Shown here: positions 56,029 through 64,000 of the stretch, one piece after another
Position numbering within the stretch: position 1 is the stretch's first letter
Layout of the letters: the number at the start of each line of letters is the position of its first letter
NCBI GenBank assembly: GCA_964651115.1
Contig: CAZYXJ010000001.1
Coordinates: 213,077 to 277,076 of the forward strand
DNA length: 64,000 bases
Direction of reading: 5' to 3'
DNA from: an uncultured Candidatus Saccharibacteria bacterium
GTDB taxonomy: Bacteria > Patescibacteriota > Minisyncoccia > Phycocordibacterales > JACOZG01
Position numbers and translations under genes: made by a program
The notes under the pieces: generated by a model
Database searches by the model: none
Seen by the model: only the letters and a program-made list of their open reading frames with translations
Told to the model about the DNA's origin: nothing

Positions 56029-57135
56029 CTACTCTGCCATTCTCACAAACTTACCATCCTGGATAGATTTAAAGTAAAACTCTCTTTGAATGGTGTTCTG
56101 GTCAAAAGACATGACCCCACTTACTCCTTGGTAATTATTTAGTTGTAAAATGTAATCTCTGACACAAGACGAATTATTTTTGCCACAACTCTCAAGGGCA
56201 TCAATCAATATTTTGTATATATCGTAAGCATTGTAAGCCGCCACTTGAGGCCGTCCGCTGGTTACCTTTTGAAATTCGCTGATAAACTTTTGCTGAGCAC
56301 TAGTAAGAGAGCTCTCGTTAATTGGGAAAGTGTAAACCAATCCCTCCAAGCTACTACCTCCAGCCGCCACCAAATCAGACGCCTCTGTCGCGTATTGACC
56401 AAACAGAGGTACATCTATTCCTAATTCTCTGGCCTGTTTAGCAATTTGCCCGACTCCAGCCCCATTGTAGACAATATATAGAGCATCCGGGGCGGCCTTT
56501 TTGAGTTTAAGCAGGCTGGTTCGAAAATCCTGCGACCCAACAAGGAAAGGCTCGGCCCCAACCAAAACTCCACCACGTTTTTCTGTTTCCTCTTTGAACG
56601 ATCGGTAATGAAGGAGACCAAAATCATTGTTCATATAGATAATGGCCGGTTTTTGTTTTTTAAGTTTGGTGACAATTAATTCCGCCAACACTCGTGCCTC
56701 ACTGTCTGCTTCATGGGAGCCCTTGATCACATATCCCTCGATCTTATTGGCCGCACCCCAGGGTGTGAAGGCGACGATTTGGTTTTGGCTGGCTAGAGGT
56801 TTTACCGCTTCTATTCCGGAACTATTTAGCGGACCCACAATGGCGTCGACACCATCTACCGTCACTAATTTATTGAAGGCTGATACCGCTTTTTCTGAAG
56901 TAAATCCATCATCTTCGTAGACAAGTTCAACCTTTTCGCCATAATCTTTATTGGCGATCTCCAAGGCTGCCCTGATATCCTCTCCTACCTTAGCCTGAGC
57001 CCCCGTTAAAGGAATAACCACACCAATCTTAATCGGCTCGCCCCTCACCGGGCTCGCCTCGTCTCTCCTGCTCGCCCACACTCCTAACCCCATCACTACC
57101 AGAATTATGACGATCCAAATTATTACCTTTTTCAT
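56029..57135 (-). CDS. LivJ/K-like substrate-binding protein, anchored - paralogue 7
   Basis: MKKVIIWIVIILVVMGLGVW anchor. IKIGVVIPLTGAQAKVGEDI. Confidence 0.78.
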   Translation of the reverse strand: MKKVIIWIVIILVVMGLGVWASRRDEASPVRGEPIKIGVVIPLTGAQAKVGEDIRAALEIANKDYGEKVELVYEDDGFTSEKAVSAFNKLVTVDGVDAIVGPLNSSGIEAVKPLASQNQIVAFTPWGAANKIEGYVIKGSHEADSEARVLAELIVTKLKKQKPAIIYMNNDFGLLHYRSFKEETEKRGGVLVGAEPFLVGSQDFRTSLLKLKKAAPDALYIVYNGAGVGQIAKQARELGIDVPLFGQYATEASDLVAAGGSSLEGLVYTFPINESSLTSAQQKFISEFQKVTSGRPQVAAYNAYDIYKILIDALESCGKNNSSCVRDYILQLNNYQGVSGVMSFDQNTIQREFYFKSIQDGKFVRMAE

Positions 57136-57137
57136 AT

Positions 57138-57893
57138 CTAATTATTTAATATAAGCTCGTGCATGTAAATCATCCCTCTTTGGAGGTTGTTGATTGAATT
57201 GTGTAACCAGGTCGTTTGTACCTCATAACCAAGCTTTTCCCCAACAATTCTGGGATCAGTTAAGTCACCACCCAAACTGTAGGAAGGAATCGCAATCACA
57301 CCCTGAGGGTTAAGGTGCTCTTTCGCTTCAACCAGAAATCTCTCAAACAGCTCGGGCAGCATGAGCATGCTGGCAGAAATGGTATCACCTTCTGGAGACT
57401 TACCAGCAAAAAACGGGATCATCCAAGTTATTAGATCCGCTTTTTCGTCGATCTTTTCAAATAAGTCACCCTGGACGACAGAAGCAATCGCCTCAACATT
57501 AAATCTTTTTATATTCTCCTGCGTATTTTCCACAGCCGGAAGGGAAACATCAGACATAACGACTTTCTTGGCTCCATACTTGGCCATTATTACTCCCATT
57601 AGCCCAGTACCTGATCCTATTTCAATTGCAGTTTTATTAAAAAAGAGAGCATTGTGATAAAAAAGATAACGAGCGTGATAACGACCCGAAGCAATTAGAG
57701 GATTCCACACCCCCTTTTTGATCAGAAAGTTTTTCAGAGTGTCGTCCTCCCCGCTTACGTCGTAGTTTACTTCAAAATCTTCGTGTTGGTGTTTTTCCCA
57801 TTGGGTCAAAACCAGATTTCTCTGGTCTTGATTTAGCATCTTTAAGTTATCCTCTTGGAGAGTCGCTTCCCGCTTATCCATATGCCTTTTCAA
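57138..57893 (-). CDS. SAM-dependent methyltransferase (same MTS-like family as 46121-46846)
   Basis: Motif I AIEIGSGTGLMGV, with architecture shared with 46121-46846. Confidence 0.7.
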   Translation of the reverse strand: MKRHMDKREATLQEDNLKMLNQDQRNLVLTQWEKHQHEDFEVNYDVSGEDDTLKNFLIKKGVWNPLIASGRYHARYLFYHNALFFNKTAIEIGSGTGLMGVIMAKYGAKKVVMSDVSLPAVENTQENIKRFNVEAIASVVQGDLFEKIDEKADLITWMIPFFAGKSPEGDTISASMLMLPELFERFLVEAKEHLNPQGVIAIPSYSLGGDLTDPRIVGEKLGYEVQTTWLHNSINNLQRGMIYMHELILNN

Positions 57894-57932
57894 CCAAACT
57901 ATACCTTATTCCTTGTATTGTTTCCAACGGTA

Positions 57933-59054
57933 TTAACGTAGTGATTTATAGCCGCCAGGTATACCATCTTTAGACAACACGATCTGCCACAGTTGGATAC
58001 TGCGAGCCCGAAAAGCTCCCGCACAGGCTAGCAAATAATAACGCCACATCCGTCGGAAGCGCTCAGAGTAATTTTGCTTGATCTGATCCCAACTGCGCTC
58101 AAAGTTTTGCTGCCAGGCCATTAGAGTCTTATCGTAATCAGAACCAAAATTGTGCCAATCTTCCATCACAAACAGGCCCTCAATCCCTCGGGCCATTTGG
58201 GCGACACTTGGCAAAACACCGTTAGGAAAAATGTACTTATCGATCCAAGGATCCGTTACCCTTGAGCCCACACTTTTACCGATCGTGTGGAGCAAAAAGA
58301 GTCCGCCATCTTTTAAGCAACGGCGGGCCACCTCAAAATAGCTGCGATAATTTTTATCACCCACATGCTCAAACATCCCCAACGACACAATCGCATCAAA
58401 CTGGCCGGTTAGATCACGATAGTCTTGCAATAAAATCTCGACCGGCAAACCCTGACACAACTCCATCCCAAGAGCCACCTGCTCCTTAGAAACAGTGACA
58501 CCAGTAACCCGCACCCCGTAACGCTCGGCCGCAAACTTGGCAAAGCTGCCCCAACCACAACCAATATCCAAAACGTGCATCCCGGGTTTAAGATTAAGCT
58601 TTTGGCAAACCAAATCTAATTTGGCCTCCTGCGCCTCATCGAGTGAGTTCGCCTGGCGCCAATAAGCACAAGTGTAGACCAAGCGTCGATCCAACATTTG
58701 GCGGTAAAGATCGTTGCCGGCATCGTAATGCTCCTCGCCCACCATAAAAGCCCGAGACTTTGATTGGCGGTTAAAAAGAGTGTTTATTAGATAAGAAAGG
58801 GCGAGTTGCCAACCCCCTCGAACTTGCTGGTGGAGTTTGGCGCGAAATATTTTATCGAAAAATTGATCCAGCTCCTGGGCGTCCCACCAACCATCCATAT
58901 AACTCTCTCCTAAAGCCAAGGAACCGCCGGCCAAAACCCGAGCGTAAAAACGTTCATCGTGGATCTGGATATCCCCCGGCGCGGCACCATTAATGGTAAC
59001 GCCAGCCTTGGCAAGCAGGTCAGTAATCAGCCGTTTAGCGGTTATAGTTGACAT
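57933..59054 (-). CDS. cfa: Cyclopropane-fatty-acyl-phospholipid synthase family methyltransferase
   Basis: YDAGNDLY, VLDIGCGWGSFA, GMFEHVG and YLLACAGAFR motifs of the CFA/mycolic-acid synthase family. Confidence 0.85.
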   Translation of the reverse strand: MSTITAKRLITDLLAKAGVTINGAAPGDIQIHDERFYARVLAGGSLALGESYMDGWWDAQELDQFFDKIFRAKLHQQVRGGWQLALSYLINTLFNRQSKSRAFMVGEEHYDAGNDLYRQMLDRRLVYTCAYWRQANSLDEAQEAKLDLVCQKLNLKPGMHVLDIGCGWGSFAKFAAERYGVRVTGVTVSKEQVALGMELCQGLPVEILLQDYRDLTGQFDAIVSLGMFEHVGDKNYRSYFEVARRCLKDGGLFLLHTIGKSVGSRVTDPWIDKYIFPNGVLPSVAQMARGIEGLFVMEDWHNFGSDYDKTLMAWQQNFERSWDQIKQNYSERFRRMWRYYLLACAGAFRARSIQLWQIVLSKDGIPGGYKSLR

Positions 59055-59133
59055 CGTTTTAAACTATCATGAAGTTTTTCCAAACGCCAACCACCCGCCT
59101 CTCGGCGGGTGGTTGGGAATAAACCTTAATTTT

Positions 59134-60252
59134 TTACTGACTGATCGTCACCGGCTTGCCGTCTTTAATCATGCGCACTACGGCCTTAGAATTTACAACG
59201 CCATTATCATCTATTGTTAGGTCCTTACCAAGAGCACCATCAAACTTAGGAATATCGGCGATTGCATCACGGATCTCACTTCTGCTGGGCTTAACTTCTC
59301 CGTTGCCCGCAGACTCTGTGGCCATAACAATCAGGTTAAGAACATCGTAGGCGTTAGCAGCGCCAAACTTTGGTCCTTGGTCATAGCGTTTAGTATATAA
59401 GTCAACAAACCATTGAGTTGGATCAGCGCCATTGACGTACCACATCCCCTCAAACAGTGACAACTGATCAGAAAACTCAAAAGCTTCCATCGTTGTTACC
59501 GGTGTCGTGATTCCGGCCTCACGCATTTGTTTGGCAAGAATTTCCAATTCGGGCGTGGTTGCCTCAAGAACATAGATGTCGGCACCCGAGATTTTAAAAC
59601 CCTTATCGATAAGGGTTTTAAAATCTCGGGTGCCAGTGTTAAACTTCTGAGTCGAAAGCACTTGGATATTAGTATTTTTTATATCCTTCTCGAAGCTGTT
59701 AATGATTGCTGCTACCCCTTGGTTATCTTGCTGCGCAAAAAAGACAAGCTTTTTTATGCCTCTTTTTTGTAACTCTTGAATAAAGAGCCGCGAATCCTCA
59801 TACGGTGGTGTGTAGTGAACAAAGTTATACTCACCGTCAGCCACCTGAGAAGCCGAAGCAAAGTCATTAATATGAGGCACTCCATTTTTCTCGGCAATCG
59901 GACTAATCACACTGCCCACCGGCGACCCAAAAGATACCAAAACGTCTGCCTTATCAATGGCGATAAGCTTGTTCGCCACGGTCGCACCCAGAGCTGGCTT
60001 AAACTGATCGTCTTCAAAGATAAGTTTGTAGTTATATTTGAGATTTTTTGGCAATCCCTCCTGTGCCAAGGTAATTGCGTTTTTGGCACTTTGGCCAAGC
60101 ATGGCTACGTCTCCGGTCAACGGCAAACTAACGCCAACGATAACTGTTGGTCTCATCGCCTCTGGGACTTGAGAATCTTGCCTGGTCAAAACCAGGCCTA
60201 TCAGGACGATGATGACAAGACCAATAATGGTCCAAATTATTTTTTTATTCAT
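59134..60252 (-). CDS. LivJ/K-like substrate-binding protein, anchored - paralogue 8
   Basis: TM anchor. VIVGVSLPLTGDVAMLGQSAKNAITLA. Confidence 0.78.
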   Translation of the reverse strand: MNKKIIWTIIGLVIIVLIGLVLTRQDSQVPEAMRPTVIVGVSLPLTGDVAMLGQSAKNAITLAQEGLPKNLKYNYKLIFEDDQFKPALGATVANKLIAIDKADVLVSFGSPVGSVISPIAEKNGVPHINDFASASQVADGEYNFVHYTPPYEDSRLFIQELQKRGIKKLVFFAQQDNQGVAAIINSFEKDIKNTNIQVLSTQKFNTGTRDFKTLIDKGFKISGADIYVLEATTPELEILAKQMREAGITTPVTTMEAFEFSDQLSLFEGMWYVNGADPTQWFVDLYTKRYDQGPKFGAANAYDVLNLIVMATESAGNGEVKPSRSEIRDAIADIPKFDGALGKDLTIDDNGVVNSKAVVRMIKDGKPVTISQ

Positions 60253-60421
60253 ATATGATTATAAATATATCTTATATCCACTCAAGCATAAACTAGATTT
60301 TTCTCTTGTCATTAATAATTATCTAATTGCCACAGGAAATATGGCCTTAACTAAAGGTTTTTTAACTTATTAATTTTTTTGTTCGTTAAAAGTGACAAAT
60401 GTTTAAATACGTGTTAGAGTT

Positions 60422-61222
60422 ATGGTTATGATAAATAGCCAAGTAACTAACCAGTTAAAGGACACTGGTCTAAGCGAGAAAGCAGCCTTAGTTTATACCA
60501 CCTTACTTAAACTTGGTGGGGCCTACCCTTCTAGCCTCGCAGCCGCCACCAAGCTTAACCGTAGTACCGTTTATAAACTTCTCCTAGATCTATCAATAAA
60601 AGGATTGGTCACCGAGGTTGAACGAGGCAAAAAACTTTACTACCAAGCTGAAAAACCTGAAAAATTACTTAGGTTTGCAAAAAATCAAGCCGATTTAGCC
60701 AAAGGGGCTTACGACCAGATTCGACAACTAATACCAGAGCTCGAAACGATTTTTGCTTCCAATCCCAACAAACCGGTAATCCGCTACTTCCAAGACAAGG
60801 CCGGCATTGCTTCTATCTACGAAGAAATGGTATCTGAAAAAAAATATGAAATGGTCTCTTTTTCCCACGGAGAAGCTTTTAAGAATTACCTGCCCACTGC
60901 GGCACTAAGGAAATTTGTGCGCGCAAAAGAGCGCAATGGCATCACCACCCGAGCGATTGCTCCAGACACGGAGGAAAACCGAAAATATACCACTGCCGTT
61001 TTTGAGGGTATCAAGAAAGACTTCTGGCTAGAGATCCGTTATGTTCCTAACGAATTTTTTCCTTTCGAGGCGGAAATTACGCTTTATGGAAACTCGAAGC
61101 TGGCGCTAACAAAACTGCGCGGCGACAAGTTAATCGGTGTTGTTATCGACGAAAAATTGATTCATGACATGTTCAAAATGATTTTTGAACTAGTCTGGCG
61201 CTCAGATCAAGTTAAGAAATAA
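60422..61222 (+). CDS. TrmB-family transcriptional regulator
   Basis: LKDTGLSEKAALVYTTLLKLGGAYPSSLAAATKLNRSTVYKLLLDLSIKGLV plus a C-terminal TrmB-like domain. Divergent from an SBP operon. Confidence 0.78.
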   Translation: MVMINSQVTNQLKDTGLSEKAALVYTTLLKLGGAYPSSLAAATKLNRSTVYKLLLDLSIKGLVTEVERGKKLYYQAEKPEKLLRFAKNQADLAKGAYDQIRQLIPELETIFASNPNKPVIRYFQDKAGIASIYEEMVSEKKYEMVSFSHGEAFKNYLPTAALRKFVRAKERNGITTRAIAPDTEENRKYTTAVFEGIKKDFWLEIRYVPNEFFPFEAEITLYGNSKLALTKLRGDKLIGVVIDEKLIHDMFKMIFELVWRSDQVKK

Positions 61223-61306
61223 CCGCCCATGCGGAGACTTCAGAAACAAAGTTCTGGGAATCACCAGAGATGCCAAGATTCGGCCAGACAAACTCGACGC
61301 TAGAGG

Positions 61307-61495
61307 TTATATGAAATACTTTCTTGAGAAAGGAGCAACTCGAGGGAAACAAAAACTGATACAGTAGTTTATAAGTCGATTATTACTTATCAATAAAAGA
61401 GTCACAGTCGCCGGTAATGCTCTGGAGAGTTTTCGCTCCCTCAACACGCGATACTCCTCGGGAGTTAAACGTTTTTTGATTTCTTGTTCGTCCAT
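61307..61495 (-). pseudogene. msrB: msrB 5' remnant (first 20 codons) fused to unrelated sequence
   Basis: MDEQEIKKRLTPEEYRVLRE is identical to the start of msrB at 43498. DNA identity ends abruptly at 61436. Confidence 0.75.
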
Positions 61496-61496
61496 A
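61436..61496. repeat. Repeat copy Y2
   Basis: 61/61 identical to 43439-43499. Confidence 0.9.
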
Positions 61497-61505
61497 GTGA
61501 ATAAA

Positions 61506-62042
61506 TTATTTTAGCAAAGCGGCAAAACGCGCCTGCAACTTTTCTAACTTAGGCGCGATCACGAGCCGACAATAATCCTGGTCGGAATGACGCTCGTAAT
61601 ACTCCCGATGATAATCCTCCGCTTCGTAGAATTGCTGAAGCGGAACGACCTCGGTGACGACCGGGTCAGGAAAAGCATTGGCCCGGTTAAGCTCCTGGAC
61701 TAACGTCGCCGCCTCGGACTGCTCCGTCGCGTTGCCGTAAAAAATGGCAGAGCGGTACTGCGAACCCACATCATTGCCCTGGCGATTAAGCGTTGTGGGA
61801 TCGTGAGTGTTAAAAAAGACAGCTAACAGGTCGGCGTAAGAGATCACCGCGGGATCATAACTAATCTTGATCGCCTCAGCGTGGCCAGTCTCGCCCGTGC
61901 TTACCTCGTCGTAGGTTGGATTTTCAGTCGTACCGCCAGCATAGCCCGGCACCACCGACCGCACACCATTGAGCCGCCGAAAAACCGCTTCTGTGCACCA
62001 AAAACAGCCATTAGCAAAAACCGCCGTTGCCAAATTTTCCAT
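61506..62042 (-). CDS. msrA: Peptide-methionine (S)-S-oxide reductase
   Basis: GCFWCTE active site. Start placed at ATG 62042. Confidence 0.92.
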   Translation of the reverse strand: MENLATAVFANGCFWCTEAVFRRLNGVRSVVPGYAGGTTENPTYDEVSTGETGHAEAIKISYDPAVISYADLLAVFFNTHDPTTLNRQGNDVGSQYRSAIFYGNATEQSEAATLVQELNRANAFPDPVVTEVVPLQQFYEAEDYHREYYERHSDQDYCRLVIAPKLEKLQARFAALLK

Positions 62043-62086
62043 CAAATTAATTATAACACTGGCTACCCCTGCCGCCGCTCAGAGAA
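62032..62086. repeat. Repeat copy X2 (msrA promoter region, first 11 nt of msrA, last 8 codons of the upstream gene)
   Basis: About 90% identical to 43499-43552. Contains TATAAT on the minus strand. Confidence 0.88.
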
Positions 62087-62545
62087 TTTGAGGAACAGGT
62101 TGTTTAATTTTTTCTCGATAAGTCCTATCAAAAACATAACCGCATAGATCGATAAAATAAGAAACAACAAAACGGGCAACACCATAGTGCCAACAAACCC
62201 CAACATAAATAAAATCCCATATGAGATGGGGATTAATGGTTCAAATGGCCCAGAAAGCACAACAAAAACCGGGACATAAGAAAGGATGGATAAGCAAATT
62301 ATCGTCCTCACAACATCGGCAAAATATGGCCTCATCTTGTCTTTCAAGAATTCAATGAGGAGATAGTTCATCACCAGAAAAGCAACGACCATCCCCCAAG
62401 ACATTATTTTGTAATCAACTTGAACCTGCTCGAAAGCAGTAAAAACCGCCTGAAGAGTAACGGGGAAGAATAGGGTAATGGCCGCCAAAAATTGAAATTT
62501 ATAGCGAATAGACTCTACTGCCTTAGGGGAAGCTACTGTGATCAT
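62063..62545 (-). CDS. Integral membrane protein, hypothetical
   Basis: Four or five TM segments. Its last 8 codons (FSERRQG*) lie inside repeat X2. Confidence 0.6.
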   Translation of the reverse strand: MITVASPKAVESIRYKFQFLAAITLFFPVTLQAVFTAFEQVQVDYKIMSWGMVVAFLVMNYLLIEFLKDKMRPYFADVVRTIICLSILSYVPVFVVLSGPFEPLIPISYGILFMLGFVGTMVLPVLLFLILSIYAVMFLIGLIEKKLNNLFLKFSERRQG

Positions 62546-62714
62546 GGCCCAACTATACTCTAATCCCGAAATACTACAAACGGAACTATGCGAAGTATCT
62601 ACTGACCGAAGGATCGATGTTTGAAAAGGGAGATCTGCTTAGTAATCTCAGAAGTAAAATTCGTGTTCGTAATAAGCTAGTCGAATCAAGTTCTGGCTGA
62701 AAACCTGTTACACT

Positions 62715-63055
62715 TTAATTCTCTGGAAAACAACCGCAAGTGTCTGTTAAGAGCATGGCTAGACTCTGCGAAAAAACCTCGTCAGAGCAGCATAAATACT
62801 GACCGAAGTTAAATAATTGAACCAAAGACTCATTTTCATTCTCGATAGGACCATCCTTTCGTTTTCCTTCGGTATAAAATATTCCCTTTTTTGGAGATAT
62901 GGACATGAATAGCCATATATCTTTTTGTCCAATTTCCCACCACGGCACGAAACGCAACAAATCTTGTCTCTCAAAATCCAAAAGTACAATTGGATTATCC
63001 GAGATCGCGAACTGGTCACTACTATCCTGCGGAATTTCAAGAACATGCAAATTTC
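62715..63055 (-). pseudogene. N-terminally truncated DUF4238-like gene fragment
   Basis: LHVLEIPQDSSDQFAISDNPIVLLD resembles the W..l....F.TSDNPV core of DUF4238. The sensible sequence stops near 63055. The upstream part of track ORF 62715-63203 is antisense to the recombinase fragment. Confidence 0.45.
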
Positions 63056-63069
63056 CTCTGCGATATATC

Positions 63070-63503
63070 CGCTCTGCAAGATCACCTGCGGACTGTGCGG
63101 TTCGGGAGTGACAGCGGATGAAAAATTCAAAAAGCTCAAGGACGGAACGACAAACAGATACGTCTACTACGGATGCACAAAATTCAAGGACAAGAATTGC
63201 CAATGCGGATACCTACGAGAAGAAGACTTGATCGAACAATTGGCAAACGTACTCGACACCATCTCTCTCGACGAAATCGGAATGAAAGATAGGATCAAGA
63301 CAGAGATCGAATCGCACAACGAATTCCAAGAGTCTGTGCTTGGACGAGAGATAAAAGAAAAAGTGAAGATCAAAGAAGTGGATATTAGGAACTATGCGAA
63401 ACACATTTTGAGGAAGAGACCGATGTATGAAAAGCGGGAGTTGCTGAGTCACCTAAGAAGCAAGCTGATACTGAAAGAGAAGAAAGTTACTCTGCGGGGA
63501 TAA
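63070..63503 (+). pseudogene. Large serine recombinase, C-terminal zinc-ribbon/coiled-coil fragment only
   Basis: YPLCKITCGLCGSGVTADEKF...NRYVYYGCTKFKDKNCQCGYLREEDLIEQL matches the recombinase zinc-ribbon pattern. The catalytic resolvase domain is absent. Confidence 0.6.
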
Positions 63504-64000
63504 TTTCTGGAGTAACAACTTCAGTATCCGTCGCCGACACAATTGCCTCCTGTGCAATTCTTGCCGCTTCTACCAAGTGACCATCTAGTACCTTGAACAC
63601 AGCAGGTAAATCTTCCTTATAGGTAGCTGTATAATTACCAACATGTAGAGTCTTCTCCTTCTCATGAAGGTTCAGTGCCTTTATAGTAACAGAATTTGTT
63701 TGCCAATAAGCAGCAAGCTTAACCTTATCCAAGACCTTAGTGAACTCATTAATATGTGGAATATAGTTGCGACCATCTTCTCTAGCTGACGCAAAAACAC
63801 TCGCAAAATTTCTCAGAAGATAGTTAGCAAAATGCTCAGCATTTTCTGGTATAGATAGGTCAAAGCAAACTCCAAACAAATAATCGTTAATTGCTTCTGC
63901 TATGAGATGTTTATCCTCTTTACCTGATGGGTCATAATATCCACAACCAACCCCACTACTGATAAATGAATTCCCTAATTGATAGACGGTAAATCCTGTT
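63487..64000 (-). CDS. Hypothetical protein, C-terminal part (gene runs off window end)
   Basis: I extended the frame of track ORF 63487-63879 upstream and it stays open to the window edge (…TGFTVYQLGNSFISSGVGCGYYDPSGKEDKHLIAEAINDYLFGVCFD…). Confidence 0.5.
   Translation of the reverse strand, partial: TGFTVYQLGNSFISSGVGCGYYDPSGKEDKHLIAEAINDYLFGVCFDLSIPENAEHFANYLLRNFASVFASAREDGRNYIPHINEFTKVLDKVKLAAYWQTNSVTIKALNLHEKEKTLHVGNYTATYKEDLPAVFKVLDGHLVEAARIAQEAIVSATDTEVVTPEIIPAE

Noticed and set aside
62925-63069. N-terminal 48 aa of track ORF 62925-63503(+)
   Set aside because: This part is antisense to the DUF4238-like fragment and has no recombinase-like sequence. The recombinase homology begins only at about 63070.

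Overview
This is a gene-dense window, coded about 85% on the minus strand. It looks like a chromosome segment from a small-genome bacterium. The CPR/Patescibacteria-like placement is inference only, based on the split transketolase, uncleaved-anchor binding proteins, TrmB regulators and the GWAWTPNMGW-type surface protein. All family calls come from motif recognition in the supplied translations; no database search was possible. The housekeeping backbone comprises prfA-rpmE, L25, fba, PfkB kinase, rpiB-rpe-split tkt, gap, groES-groEL, secG, RNase J, a UvrD-type helicase-nuclease, YqeY and a pseudouridine synthase. The accessory content, in window order, is: (1) A complete diversity-generating retroelement at 4.5-7.05 kb. 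It has an RT, an Avd-like gene, a 122-bp TR and a 122-bp VR. I aligned TR and VR by hand and found 22 mismatches, all at TR adenines. The layout is unusual: avd is antisense between TR and RT, and a G9 tract sits in the RT start. A diverged non-diversified paralogue of the target lies at 37.3 kb. (2) A mosaic accessory island (~16.9-24.6 kb) abutting tRNA-Ser. It carries an HTH-Panacea(DUF4065)/RelE-like toxin-antitoxin candidate, a ~1030-aa fused Type IIG-like restriction-modification enzyme, a PEP-CTERM protein and an AlkC/AlkD-like repair protein. (3) A 0.5-kb ORF-free stretch (33.3-33.8 kb) with a near-consensus promoter and a strong terminator, a candidate unclassified ncRNA. (4) A 17.9-kb AT-richer block (43.55-61.44 kb) that encodes one LivHMGF-type ABC importer, eight paralogous membrane-anchored binding proteins, four methyltransferases and two TrmB-like regulators. 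It is bracketed by staggered direct repeats that split an msrA-msrB operon. (5) A decayed mobile-element remnant at 62.7-63.5 kb. No CRISPR array or rRNA was seen.
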